DNA of 32,000 nt from Fibrobacter succinogenes subsp. succinogenes S85 (GCF_000146505.1 NC_017448.1:1500001-1532000), one strand, 5' to 3'. Shown: positions 1-11,238, counted from the first letter of the stretch. Notes: generated from the sequence alone by a model not told the origin. Made by a program: numbers and translations.

Positions 1-456
1 TTCAACCGTCACGCCAAGGATGTCCAGCAGGTCATCGGCGGAACGTTCACCATCAATACTCAGTCGCTTGAAGGCCTTTCCAAGTACAAGGCAAGCGAAA
101 TTGAAAAGATCCTGATGATGGGCAATTCCACCTCCTCGCTCGACGCTCCAGTCAACGAAGATGGCGATGCAACGCTTGGCGATACGATTTCTGATTCCCA
201 GAGCCGTACCGATGAACTTGCCGACAACAATAACCGTGCAGAAGTTTTTGACAAGGTCTTGGACAAGAATCTCTCCAATCAGGAAAAGGAAATCATCAAG
301 CTCTATTACGGCTTCAAGATGGATTCCGACCTCAACCTCAAGGAAATCGCCCCGATGGTCGGTCTTTCCAAGGAACGCGTGCGCCAGCTCAAGGAAAACG
401 CCTTAAACAAGCTCCGCGACGCCGAAGTCGAACGACTCCTCTGCGAAGCTGCATAA
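1..456 (+). CDS. RNA polymerase sigma-70 family factor, C-terminal part (5' end lies outside the window)
   Basis: Frame 1 is open from base 1 to TAA 454-456. The translation shows sigma region 3/4 signatures (SSLDAPV, LSNQEKEIIKLYYGF) and a helix-turn-helix (LKEIAPMVGLSKERVRQLKENALNKLR). The ORF-track entry 115..456 is only the part after an internal Met. Confidence 0.8.
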   Translation, partial: FNRHAKDVQQVIGGTFTINTQSLEGLSKYKASEIEKILMMGNSTSSLDAPVNEDGDATLGDTISDSQSRTDELADNNNRAEVFDKVLDKNLSNQEKEIIKLYYGFKMDSDLNLKEIAPMVGLSKERVRQLKENALNKLRDAEVERLLCEAA

Positions 457-500
457 CACCTTTATTGCTCCTAACAAGTTTCATACTCTCTCCTTTCGTA

Positions 501-530
501 AAAAAACCGGCTATTCATAGCCGGTTTTTC
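501..530 (+). terminator. Rho-independent terminator after the sigma factor gene
   Basis: Stem AACCGGCTA / TAGCCGGTT with loop TTCA, followed by a T-run, about 45 nt after the stop codon. Confidence 0.75.
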
Positions 531-574
531 CTTATAAGGTGGTGATTTTTTATAGGAAATTGTATTTTTAGAGC

Positions 575-2359
575 ATGATGTTTAAACCTTTTAGTTTCCG
601 CTCTGTATTTATGGCAACGCTGTCCGCGCTTTGCATCGCGAACGCCGCTACCGACAAGAAAACTCCTCCTGGAGATTTTTACGACGAAGTTTCACGATTG
701 AACAAGGTGCTTTCCGAAGTCAACCGCAAATACGTTGAAAACGTAAACCCGACTGAACTCACGGACGCAGCCATCAATGGCATCAGAAACATTCTAGACC
801 CGCACACAACGGTGTTCGCCCCCAAGGACTACGAAAGCCTCCGCGTTTCCATGGAAGGTAAGTTCGGTGGCGTGGGCATTACCATCAGCCTCCGCGACAA
901 CATCCTCACCGTTATTTCGCCGCTCTCCGGCACGCCGGCATTCAAGCTCGGCATCCGCGCTGGCGACCGCATCCGCAAAATTGACGGCAAAGAAACAAAG
1001 GGCATGTCGCTTGACGATGCCGTTAACAAGCTCCGCGGCAAGATCGGCACGGACGTGACGGTTGCGATTGAACGTGAAGGCGTTCCCGACCTCATGGACT
1101 ACACCATTACCAGAGCAGAAATTATCGTCCACGCCGTTCCGTACTATGGTATGGTCACACCGGACATCGGTTACATCAAGCTTGCCACCTTTAGCGACAA
1201 GACTACAAGCGATGTCGAAAATGCAATCCGTAGCCTCCAGAAGCAGGGCATGAAGAAGCTCATCCTCGACATGCGCTACAATCCGGGTGGACTTTTGAAC
1301 CAGGCTATTGAAATCAGTGAACTTTTCCTCAAGCCGGGTAACGTCATTGTCAGCACCCGCGGCCGCACCCAGAAGACTGAAAGTGCCGCCCGCAGAACTC
1401 CGCTTGTCAAGCCCGAAGTTCCGATGGTCGTTCTCGTAAACCAGGGTTCCGCCAGTGCAGCAGAAATTGTCTCTGGCGCACTACAAGACTGGGACCGCGC
1501 CTTGATCGTCGGTAAGACCTCGTTCGGTAAGGGTTCCGTGCAGACAATCTTCCCGCTCGACAACCAGGGCAACGCCCTCAAGCTCACAACCGCTTTCTAC
1601 TACCTCCCCTTCGGTCGTTGCATCAACAAGCCTGAAAACGGCATCAAGGGACTCACCCTGCAAGACGAAGAATACGAAGATGAAGAAAAAGATGTCGCCA
1701 AGACCGACTCCGTGAAGGCAGACACAGCCAAGCGCGACACGTTCTACACGAACAACGGCCGTATGATGTTTGGCGGTGGTGGCATTAAGCCGGACGTCGA
1801 CGTGGAACTTGACCCGATGCCTTGGGTTGTCCAGGTGCAGGAACGCATGGCCATGTACTTCAAGTTCGCAGTCAAGATTCGCCCGAGCCTTGAAAAGGCT
1901 CAAGTCAAGGTGAACTCCGAATGGGTCGTTCCGGATTCCCTCTTTACACAGTTCAAGGCCTTCTGCAAGAAGGACTCGAACTTCATGAAGGTCAAGAGCA
2001 ACGCACTCGTTGGCGTAGACCAGCTTGAAAAGAGCATCATCCGCGAACAGAATTACATGGGCGACAGTGCTAAGACTATTTCTGATTCCACGCTCGTGAA
2101 GCGTATCAACGAAATGCGCAAGGCTCTTGAAGACAACCGCGATGCCCAGTTCGAAGCCAACAAGGACTACATCAAGGACGGCATCAAGCGTGAACTCCTG
2201 ACGGCATTCGTGAACGACTCCGTCAGCACGGCATTTTCTCTCAAGCGCGACAAGCAGCTAAACGAAGCCATCAAGTACCTGAGCGACACTCAGCTTTACA
2301 AGAAGGCCATCAGCGCTCCGCCGAAGCAGAAGAAAAACGCAGCAAAGCCTAAGAAATAA
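575..2359 (+). CDS. S41 family C-terminal processing peptidase (Ctp/Prc-like) with PDZ domain
   Basis: 594-aa ORF with a signal-like N-terminus. It has a PDZ segment (GVGITISLRDNILTVISPLSGTPAFKLGIRAGDRIRKIDG) and S41 blocks (LDMRYNPGGLL; VLVNQGSASAAEIVSGAL; GKTSFGKGSVQ). The tail is Lys-rich. Confidence 0.9.
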   Translation: MMFKPFSFRSVFMATLSALCIANAATDKKTPPGDFYDEVSRLNKVLSEVNRKYVENVNPTELTDAAINGIRNILDPHTTVFAPKDYESLRVSMEGKFGGVGITISLRDNILTVISPLSGTPAFKLGIRAGDRIRKIDGKETKGMSLDDAVNKLRGKIGTDVTVAIEREGVPDLMDYTITRAEIIVHAVPYYGMVTPDIGYIKLATFSDKTTSDVENAIRSLQKQGMKKLILDMRYNPGGLLNQAIEISELFLKPGNVIVSTRGRTQKTESAARRTPLVKPEVPMVVLVNQGSASAAEIVSGALQDWDRALIVGKTSFGKGSVQTIFPLDNQGNALKLTTAFYYLPFGRCINKPENGIKGLTLQDEEYEDEEKDVAKTDSVKADTAKRDTFYTNNGRMMFGGGGIKPDVDVELDPMPWVVQVQERMAMYFKFAVKIRPSLEKAQVKVNSEWVVPDSLFTQFKAFCKKDSNFMKVKSNALVGVDQLEKSIIREQNYMGDSAKTISDSTLVKRINEMRKALEDNRDAQFEANKDYIKDGIKRELLTAFVNDSVSTAFSLKRDKQLNEAIKYLSDTQLYKKAISAPPKQKKNAAKPKK

Positions 2360-2368
2360 CGGTTCAAA

Positions 2369-3154
2369 TTGATTTTGCTAATAAACAAGATTGCCGAAGG
2401 ACTTGGACGAGCCGTAAGACGCTTCCTCAATAAGGTAGTGGGTTACGTGCTGTTCATCTGGGAACTGTTCAAGAACATTCCCGGAGCCTTCACCAACTTG
2501 CACACGACTGTTGAGCAGATGCACCACGTAGGTATCACAAGTATCCCCGTGGTGTTCGCCGCCTCGCTTGCTACAGGCGCCATCATGTCTTGGCAGCTCG
2601 CCTACCAGTTTGGCGACATGATTCCCATGATGTTTGTCGGTATGGCTGTCGGCAAATCCGTGATGGTGGAACTCTGTCCGATCCTTACGGCGATGGTTCT
2701 TGCAGGCCGTATCGGCGCTTCGATGTGTTCGGAACTTGGCACAATGGCAGTCACGGAACAGCTCGATGCATATAAAGTATTAGGACTTAACCCTTACAAA
2801 TACTTGCTTGCGCCAAGACTGATTGCAACCGTCATCATGCTTCCGGTTTTGACCATTTTGAGCATCTTTATCGGCATTGTCGGCGGTTACGAAGTCGCCC
2901 ACCTCTACAAGGAAGTTTCGTGGTCCGTGTTCTTTTACGGTGTGCGCATGTTCTACCAGAACTGGGACTTGGTCGTGGGCCTTATCAAGGCTACACTTTA
3001 TGGATTCTTCATTTCGAGTTACGCTTGCTTCTTCGGTTTCTTTACCCATAGCGGTGCAGAAGGCGTGGGCAAGAGCACCAAGGCAACCGTGGTTGCCGGC
3101 ATGACAAGCATCCTTATTGGCGGGTTCACCCTCTCCAAATTGCTGCTTGTTTAA
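2369..3154 (+). CDS. mlaE: MlaE/Ttg2B-type ABC transporter permease
   Basis: 261 codons from TTG 2369, 9 nt after the ctp stop, with no in-frame ATG for about 50 codons. It is a polytopic membrane protein with the MlaE-type block ELCPILTAMVLAGRIGASMCSELGTMAVTEQLDAYKVLGLNPYKYLLAPRLIA. Confidence 0.8.
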   Translation: MILLINKIAEGLGRAVRRFLNKVVGYVLFIWELFKNIPGAFTNLHTTVEQMHHVGITSIPVVFAASLATGAIMSWQLAYQFGDMIPMMFVGMAVGKSVMVELCPILTAMVLAGRIGASMCSELGTMAVTEQLDAYKVLGLNPYKYLLAPRLIATVIMLPVLTILSIFIGIVGGYEVAHLYKEVSWSVFFYGVRMFYQNWDLVVGLIKATLYGFFISSYACFFGFFTHSGAEGVGKSTKATVVAGMTSILIGGFTLSKLLLV

Positions 3155-3172
3155 CGCGATACATTTGTACAA

Positions 3173-3496
3173 ATGTTCGAAACAAAACGCACGAGCAACA
3201 AGAGCTATACGGGGAACAAAGTTCAGGACATTCAAGTCCTTTTAGAGCGTGTTCTCCAGAAGAACCATATCACCGAAGATATCAACTTTAAGACCATTTC
3301 GGAGCGGTTTTCAGAGGTAGTAGGCCCCCTCCTGGTAGGCCATGTAAAGCCTGAGAAAATTGACAAAAATATATTGGTACTCAAGGTCGCTAATTCGGCG
3401 TTAAAGTTCGAAATGAATCTCCAAAAAAAAGCTATTATTGGTAAGTGTAATACCCTCTTAGGGAAGCCTTTTATTCAAGGAATACGATTCGTCTAA
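3173..3496 (+). CDS. Small DUF721/DciA-like protein (typical gyrB-upstream gene)
   Basis: 107-aa ORF directly upstream of gyrB. The C-terminal pattern (LVLKVANSALKFEMNLQKKAIIGKCNTLLGKPFIQGIRF) resembles the DUF721 fold pattern, and the position matches the usual recF/DUF721/gyrB neighbourhood. No clear SD. Confidence 0.5.
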   Translation: MFETKRTSNKSYTGNKVQDIQVLLERVLQKNHITEDINFKTISERFSEVVGPLLVGHVKPEKIDKNILVLKVANSALKFEMNLQKKAIIGKCNTLLGKPFIQGIRFV

Positions 3497-5458
<1,962 letters not shown>

Positions 5459-6463
5459 ATGAGTCCGACGAAAGCCGACTTCAAAGCTGTTCTATCACAG
5501 GCTCGCGATTTGGTAAAAGTCGAGCTTGACAAGACGGAACAAGTCATTATGCAGGTGGCAAAGAACGCCCCCGCAGGGATTAGCGATCGCCTTGTAACGC
5601 TCTTTAGCCGCAAAGGCAAGCGCATCCGTTCAACACTCCTTTGCCTGCTCGCAAATTGCGGTGCTCAGAAACCGGACATTGACCGTGTTGCGCACGCCTG
5701 CGCAGCCGTAGAACTTTTGCATCTTGCAAGCCTCGTCCACGACGACATCATTGATGGTACAGACGTCCGCCGCGGCCAAAAGACGGCCCACCGCGAATGG
5801 GGTACGCAAGTAGCCGTGTTGATCGGTGACTATGTGCTTTCGCAGTCCATGCGCTGCGTCATTGACGAACAAGCTCGCAACATTCCTGTCATCATCTCTG
5901 ATGCCGCTGACAAGCTCATCATTGGTGAAATTATGGAACTAGACCATTGCGGTGACATGAGTCTTTCCCGCAAGTCTTACAACGAAATCATTGACGGAAA
6001 GACCGCCGCGCTCATTGACGCCGCAGCACGCATTGGCGGCATTTTGGCAGGATTCGATCAGCCCATGGTTGATGAATGTGCCAAGATGGGAACGCACTTT
6101 GGCATCGCATTCCAGATTATTGATGACCTGCTGGACTACGGCTATGGCTCCGTGAACATGGACAAGGCTAAGTTCACCGATCTTTCGAACGGACTCATCA
6201 CGTTGCCACTCCTCTATTACTTTGAGGACTGCACGGCTGAAGAACGCCGCGAAATGGAAGGCTTTATCGCAAAGGCTTCAGCAGAAGGTATTCCTGAAAA
6301 GATTCAGGATCGCCTATTTGCAAAGAAAAGCTTTGCGAAGGCAAAGGCCGAAGCCCAGGAACACTTGGAACAAGCGCTCGCCATTGCTGACAAGTTCCCG
6401 AAGAGCAACTTCACCGAAGAAATCACCGCCATGTTTGCAAGCATGAGCGACCGAGGGAACTAA
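5459..6463 (+). CDS. trans-Polyprenyl diphosphate synthase (IspB/HepT-like long-chain type)
   Basis: 334 aa. Two Asp-rich motifs are present (LVHDDIIDGTDVRRG and FQIIDDLLDY). The ATG abuts the gyrB TAA with a 0-nt gap. Confidence 0.85.
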   Translation: MSPTKADFKAVLSQARDLVKVELDKTEQVIMQVAKNAPAGISDRLVTLFSRKGKRIRSTLLCLLANCGAQKPDIDRVAHACAAVELLHLASLVHDDIIDGTDVRRGQKTAHREWGTQVAVLIGDYVLSQSMRCVIDEQARNIPVIISDAADKLIIGEIMELDHCGDMSLSRKSYNEIIDGKTAALIDAAARIGGILAGFDQPMVDECAKMGTHFGIAFQIIDDLLDYGYGSVNMDKAKFTDLSNGLITLPLLYYFEDCTAEERREMEGFIAKASAEGIPEKIQDRLFAKKSFAKAKAEAQEHLEQALAIADKFPKSNFTEEITAMFASMSDRGN

Positions 6464-6514
6464 GGCAGCATCTCCGCAGTAGACTGTAATTCGCTTTTTA
6501 CAACGCTTTCTAAT

Positions 6515-6543
6515 AAAGACAACGTGCCAAACGTTGTCTTTTA
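6515..6543 (+). terminator. Rho-independent terminator ending the ctp-mlaE-DUF721-gyrB-polyprenyl synthase string
   Basis: AAAGACAACGT / ACGTTGTCTTT stem with a 5-nt loop, followed by TTTTAT. Confidence 0.75.
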
Positions 6544-6588
6544 TATTATTTTCTTTACAAGTGTTATGGGGCTAAAGAAGGAGACCAC

Positions 6589-7281
6589 ATGAAAAACAAG
6601 CTTTGGGGGCTTGCCGTTTTGGCGTTGTTTTCAGCTTTATTCTTTATAGGCTGCGCACAAAACAATCCAACAGTTTCTATAAACCCAACCTGGACAGAAA
6701 AACCTACAAAAATTACCATAGTCTTCACGGAACCTTTTGTTGACAACATAGATGACCTTGAGGACGACTTAAAAGAATACTCCGAAAAATTCACGGACTG
6801 GTACAAAGCGGAGCTTCAAAAAAATTACGACAGCCTCACCCACAATTCTATTAATTTGGATTTTAAGCAAGTCAACATTGCAGGCATGAGCATTGAGCAC
6901 GATTCGGTCGGAACAACGGAATTCAACATTCCAAAGCCGTCAACGATCAACATGAATGAAGGCTACTACATCGCCATTTCAAATGCAGGCTTCAGCCGCA
7001 AAGAAGAAACATACGTCTACCAGGCTTATAGCAATTCAAATTATTTATTCGGTAGCGCACTTGATTCTAGCTACATTAAAAATTCAGGAAACGTCATCAT
7101 CGATAGAGGCCTCTGGTTCTTTGCCGATTACGCCATCTACAACCAGTCCGGTGAACGAGTCGCCTTTGGGCATGAGGCGTTCCGAAACAAGTTCCCATAC
7201 GCCATGCACCGTAAGCACTGGGAAAAATGCGTTGCTGAATTTGTGAAAAAGAGTCTCGAAGAGACTCCAATTCTGAATTAA
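6589..7281 (+). CDS. Hypothetical lipoprotein
   Basis: AAGGAG lies 5 nt before the ATG. A signal peptide ends in the lipobox LFFIGC. I recognise no family. The gene is visibly AT-richer than its neighbours. Confidence 0.7.
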   Translation: MKNKLWGLAVLALFSALFFIGCAQNNPTVSINPTWTEKPTKITIVFTEPFVDNIDDLEDDLKEYSEKFTDWYKAELQKNYDSLTHNSINLDFKQVNIAGMSIEHDSVGTTEFNIPKPSTINMNEGYYIAISNAGFSRKEETYVYQAYSNSNYLFGSALDSSYIKNSGNVIIDRGLWFFADYAIYNQSGERVAFGHEAFRNKFPYAMHRKHWEKCVAEFVKKSLEETPILN

Positions 7282-7289
7282 ACCATCAA

Positions 7290-7316
7290 AAAACGCGACC
7301 ACAACGGTCGCGTTTT
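7290..7316. terminator. Bidirectional terminator between the convergent lipoprotein and corA genes
   Basis: AAAACGCGACC-acaac-GGTCGCGTTTT. The stem is flanked by an A-run on one side and a T-run on the other, so it can terminate both strands. Confidence 0.75.
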
Positions 7317-7357
7317 CTTGTAACTAGTAATTCCGGGGACATGCGCCAAGCGCAAAA

Positions 7358-8290
7358 TTATTTCTTGCGCATCCAAACGGCCAAGAAGACAAACACAGAA
7401 AGGAAGCAGATTGCGATAATAATCCAGAACGCCACCGGGGAGCCGACAGTCGCATCGCCGTTCATGCCAAACGGGAGCTTCACGTTCATACCGAACAAGC
7501 TTGCGAAGAACGTCGGGAGCGAAATAGAAATCGTCACGATAGTGAGGTTCTTCATCAACTGGTTCACGTTATTGTTGATTACGCTTGCGCGCGCATCCAT
7601 CATGGATGTCAAAATGTTGGCGTAGATGTTTGCCTGTTGCAGGCTCTGCCCGTTTTCAATCTGGATATCTTCCAGGAGTTCGCGTTCAGCTTCGGTCCAG
7701 TTGAGGCTGCGGCCAAGCTGCAACTTGCGCAACAGCGTATCGTTACTGTTCAAGGCGCTCACGTAGTAAATCAAGCCCTTGTTCAAGCTGAACATCGAGA
7801 GCAAATACTTGTTTTCCATCGACGTATTGAGGCGGAGTTCCAAGTCGTCGTTGATGCGGTTGATAATCTTCAAGTGTTCATTGAAGTGTGCAATCGCAAA
7901 GCTCAGCACGCGGAGCACAAACGTATTCAGGCTATCGATTTTCGAGAACTTGCGTTCATCCATCACCGGGATGTCGCTGTCCGTAAGGAGCAAGACCCAG
8001 TCCTTGAAAATGAAAATGCCAAAAGATTCCACGCGGAACTGGAAATTATCTTCGGCAGAATAATTCTTGGGCTTCTTAAACACGATGGTCGTAAAATCAT
8101 CGTCGTATTCGATACGGGAAAGTTCGTCCGAGTCAAATGCGGAGGCAATCGTATGTTCCGTTATCTCATATTCCTTAACAAGGATGCTGCGCTGTTCCTG
8201 GCTTAAAGAACCCATCATAACGATGTCAGCAGCTTCTTCGTTCGGAGCTACTGAGAGACGACCGGATTCGATTTTGTAATACTTGAGCAT
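7358..8290 (-). CDS. corA: CorA-family magnesium/cobalt transporter
   Basis: The C-terminus has two TM helices and the GMN motif (SLFGMNVKLPFGMNG), and the N-terminal domain is typical. I place the start at ATG 8290 (MLKYYKIE), preceded by AAAGGGGG. The 43-codon extension in the ORF track runs into the upstream terminator. Confidence 0.85.
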   Translation of the reverse strand: MLKYYKIESGRLSVAPNEEAADIVMMGSLSQEQRSILVKEYEITEHTIASAFDSDELSRIEYDDDFTTIVFKKPKNYSAEDNFQFRVESFGIFIFKDWVLLLTDSDIPVMDERKFSKIDSLNTFVLRVLSFAIAHFNEHLKIINRINDDLELRLNTSMENKYLLSMFSLNKGLIYYVSALNSNDTLLRKLQLGRSLNWTEAERELLEDIQIENGQSLQQANIYANILTSMMDARASVINNNVNQLMKNLTIVTISISLPTFFASLFGMNVKLPFGMNGDATVGSPVAFWIIIAICFLSVFVFLAVWMRKK

Positions 8291-8391
8291 ACCGCCCCCT
8301 TTATCGAACATGGGCAATATAGTAAAAAAGACCACGTGCGAAAACCCGAAGAAGAAAGAAAAGCTATTAAAAACAGCAGATAATAGCAACA

Positions 8392-8417
8392 GAAAAGCCC
8401 CGGCACTAAGCCGGGGC
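8392..8417 (-). terminator. Rho-independent terminator of secDF
   Basis: The minus strand reads GCCCCGGCTTAGTGCCGGGGC followed by TTTTCTGTT. Confidence 0.8.
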
Positions 8418-8426
8418 AAATCTCTA

Positions 8427-8455
8427 GTCTTTCGTCTGTAGCCGCGTGGTTCGGC
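8427..8455 (-). repeat. Hairpin-TAC-AGACGAAAGAC element in the secDF 3' UTR
   Basis: The minus strand reads GCCGAACCACGCGGC TAC AGACGAAAGAC. It lies between the secDF stop (8491) and its terminator. The same architecture occurs at 30895-30921. Confidence 0.7.
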
Positions 8456-8490
8456 AGGCTCACCAACCTAAGCGGCGTACTCTCGCCTAA

Positions 8491-11103
8491 TTACACACCC
8501 TTCTTGAACTTCTTGCTCCACCAGAGAACGATCGGAGAGCAGACGCACACAGAAGAGTAAGTACCGATGAGGATACCGAAGCACTGAACGAGACCGAAGT
8601 CGCGGATGGAAGAGCCACCCTTAACAGCGAGAACCACGCAAACGAAGAGCGTCGTGAGAGAGGTAATCACCGTACGGCTGAAGCACTGGTTCAAAGAGCT
8701 ATTGATGGTCTGTTCGTACTTAGCAGAACCGAAGAGAGCGGTATTTTCACGGATACGGTCGAAGTTCACGATGGTATCGTTGACAGAGTAACCAATCATC
8801 GTGAGGAGCGAAGCGATCAAGGCGCCATCGAAAGAAAGGCTGAATGCCGAGATGAAGCCGAGCGTGATGATGGTATCGTGAATAAGGCCAAGCACAGCGG
8901 CAACACCGAAGCCAAGGCCGAGCTTACCGAATCGGAACCAAACGTAGAGGGCAATGCAGAGCCATGCGATAATCACAGACAAAATAGCATTGAAGCGGAG
9001 TTCCTTACCGATGGTCGGACCGACAGCGTCCTTAGCAACGATCTGGCACTTCTGATTTGCGGCTTCGAAAGCCTTTGCCATAGCGAGTTCAAAGCTTGTG
9101 TCATCGCCGCGAACGCTAATCTGGTAAGAGTTAGCAGACGTACCGCCGAGAGAGCGGACGCGAGCACCCTGGATGCCAGCCTTGCTCAAAGCCTTATTCA
9201 AGTCGGTTTCATGCTTGACGTCATCCTGATACTGGATCGTATAGACCTGACCACCCGTGAAGTCGATGCTGAAGTCAAAGCCCTTCACTGCGATGCAAGC
9301 GATACTTGCAATAATGAGGATCCAGGAGAGAACCTTGAACTTGCCACGATTCTTCATAAGCGGGAGGTTAGCATTGTTCAAAGCCTTGAAGCCAGAACCG
9401 ATAGAGAGCGTCGTTCTGTCGCGCTTTGCAAGTCTCCAATCGAGAACTGCACGAGAAACCGTGATAGCGCAGAAGAGAGAAGTGAGGATACCGATCGTAA
9501 GTGTAAGACCGAAACCCTTGACAGAACCCGTACCAATCTTGTACAAAATAAGACCCGTCAAAACAGTCGTCAAGTTGGAGTCCAAGATGGCGCTGAAAGC
9601 ACGTTCGTAACCCTTGGCCACAGCAGCGCGAGCAGTGAGGCCGTTCTTGAGTTCTTCACGGATACGTTCGTAAATAATCACGTTTGCGTCGAGAGACATA
9701 CCGACGACGAGAATGAAGCCTGCGATACCCGGGAGAGTAAGCGTAGCGTTGAACACGGACATCACAGCGGCAGTCACGAGGGCGTTGATCATCACACCGA
9801 TACTTGCGATGAAACCACCGAGACGGTAGTAGGCCACCATGAACACCAAGCAGAGCAAGAGGCCGATAGCACCGGAACCGAAGCCCTGGACAATGTTTTC
9901 TTCACCGAGAGTTGCACCAACGCTACGGCTTTCGATGATCTGCATCGGAGCCTTGAGAGCGCCAGCCTTCAAAACGACAGCGAGGCGGTTAGCTTCGGCC
10001 ATGTCGTCGAGACCTGTAATCTGAGCTTCACCATTCGGGATACGGTCGCGAATGACCGGAGCGCTGATGACCTGGTTATCGAGAACGATGGCCATCTGCT
10101 TGCCGACGTTAGCAGCAGTAACAGCAGAGAACTTCTTAGGACCGATGCCGCCGAACTTGAGGTTCACGGCAACTTCACCGGCGCTCATACCATCGCTGAC
10201 GCGGTACGGACGAGCATCCGTGATATCGTCACCGCCCATTTCTGCACGGCGCTTGAGGAGGTAAAGACGCTTGGCCTTGATGTTGGCATCGCGGCGGAGC
10301 TTTTCAAGACCGCTACCGAAAGCAAAAGCAACATCGCGCGGAATGAGCTTCTGGACACCTTCAGTGGCGAGGAGCTTCTTGACCTTTTCGACGCTTTCTT
10401 CAGCAATGAAACCGCCATTGCCGTAAGAGATGAAGAAAGAGGAAAGGGACTGGCCGACCACGTCTGCCGGAGCGGCTTCAGCAACAGCGGAATCCTTCTT
10501 TTCAGCGGTTTCAGCCTTTGCAACGCCACCAGCAAGGAGTTCTTCATCAGACAAGGCTTCCTTCTTCACAGAATCAGTCTTGACGGAATCCGTCTTAGCG
10601 GAATCAGCAATGATGTCGGTCGTCTGGCGAGTGAGGTACTGGTCGATGAGGCCAACAACCTGCGTAAACTTTTCAGATTCAGCGAGAATCTTGAATTCGA
10701 GCTTTGCCGTGGAACCCACGAGAGCCTTAGCCGTGGAGTCATCCACGCCAGCTAGTTCAACGACAATGCGGTCGTCACCGGTCGGAGAGATCTGCGGTTC
10801 AGAAAGACCGTACTGGTCAACACGGTTACGAATAATTTCAAGAGACTGTGCCTGGATATCCTTGATATCGTCGCCATCCTTGAGGCCAGACTGATCAATC
10901 TGGAGCGTAATGCTGGTACCACCGGCAAGATCCAAACCGAAGTTGACAGAACGAGAGCTCAGTTTCGGATTTTCCTTAAGGAAAGCCTGCTTGGCTTCAC
11001 CCTTCTTGGAGTGAACCTGGATAGACGGCCATACAGAGATGGCTGAAAGAATGATGACTAGGAGAATGATAATTTCTCGGAAGCCGAATTTATGTTTATT
11101 CAT
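8491..11103 (-). CDS. secDF: Fused protein translocase subunit SecDF
   Basis: 871 aa from ATG 11103 (MNKHKFGFREIIILLVIIL, the first TM helix). It has the SecD block FGLDLAGG, 12 TM segments in two RND-like halves, and a SecF half at the C-terminus. The upstream 44 codons of the track ORF have no support. Confidence 0.9.
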   Translation of the reverse strand: MNKHKFGFREIIILLVIILSAISVWPSIQVHSKKGEAKQAFLKENPKLSSRSVNFGLDLAGGTSITLQIDQSGLKDGDDIKDIQAQSLEIIRNRVDQYGLSEPQISPTGDDRIVVELAGVDDSTAKALVGSTAKLEFKILAESEKFTQVVGLIDQYLTRQTTDIIADSAKTDSVKTDSVKKEALSDEELLAGGVAKAETAEKKDSAVAEAAPADVVGQSLSSFFISYGNGGFIAEESVEKVKKLLATEGVQKLIPRDVAFAFGSGLEKLRRDANIKAKRLYLLKRRAEMGGDDITDARPYRVSDGMSAGEVAVNLKFGGIGPKKFSAVTAANVGKQMAIVLDNQVISAPVIRDRIPNGEAQITGLDDMAEANRLAVVLKAGALKAPMQIIESRSVGATLGEENIVQGFGSGAIGLLLCLVFMVAYYRLGGFIASIGVMINALVTAAVMSVFNATLTLPGIAGFILVVGMSLDANVIIYERIREELKNGLTARAAVAKGYERAFSAILDSNLTTVLTGLILYKIGTGSVKGFGLTLTIGILTSLFCAITVSRAVLDWRLAKRDRTTLSIGSGFKALNNANLPLMKNRGKFKVLSWILIIASIACIAVKGFDFSIDFTGGQVYTIQYQDDVKHETDLNKALSKAGIQGARVRSLGGTSANSYQISVRGDDTSFELAMAKAFEAANQKCQIVAKDAVGPTIGKELRFNAILSVIIAWLCIALYVWFRFGKLGLGFGVAAVLGLIHDTIITLGFISAFSLSFDGALIASLLTMIGYSVNDTIVNFDRIRENTALFGSAKYEQTINSSLNQCFSRTVITSLTTLFVCVVLAVKGGSSIRDFGLVQCFGILIGTYSSVCVCSPIVLWWSKKFKKGV

Positions 11104-11160
11104 TTGTAATCCCTTAAAAGGCATTAAACATACTAGTTGCGGGGTCAAATTTAGAAATTT

Positions 11161-11171
11161 AGACGAAAGAC
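11161..11171 (+). repeat. AGACGAAAGAC motif copy preceded by the AAATTT-aga-AAATTT palindrome
   Basis: Exact 11-mer shared with 11251-11261 and, inverted, with 8427-8437. Confidence 0.7.
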
Positions 11172-11238
11172 GATAAATGCGTAAAGCGAATATCGCGGCA
11201 AAAAACTTGTTTTTTGACATGATTGAGCCTAGCATTTA

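Noticed and set aside
161-406. An 81-aa alternative-frame ORF inside the sigma factor gene, and other short overlapping ORFs within ctp, gyrB and the other assigned genes.
   Set aside because: They are nested out of frame in genes with clear family signatures. Their sequences are Arg/Ser/Pro-rich, which is typical of off-frame translation.
8291-8419. N-terminal extensions offered by the ORF track: corA 8291-8419, secDF 11104-11235, batD 15289-15381, batE-like 17072-17218, lipoprotein 19469-19543, mnmA 20557-20577, AIPR-like 29874-29903 and LRR 30027-30125.
   Set aside because: Each extension overlaps a terminator, promoter-like AT-rich DNA or the preceding gene. In every case a downstream ATG has an SD and/or begins the signal peptide or conserved domain.
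8438-8490. A possible tRNA or tRNA fragment, suggested by GTGGTTCGGCAGG (reminiscent of a T-arm).
   Set aside because: There is no GGTTCGAnTCC T-loop. I could not draw an acceptor, D or anticodon stem on either strand, and the segment is too short between the secDF stop and its terminator.
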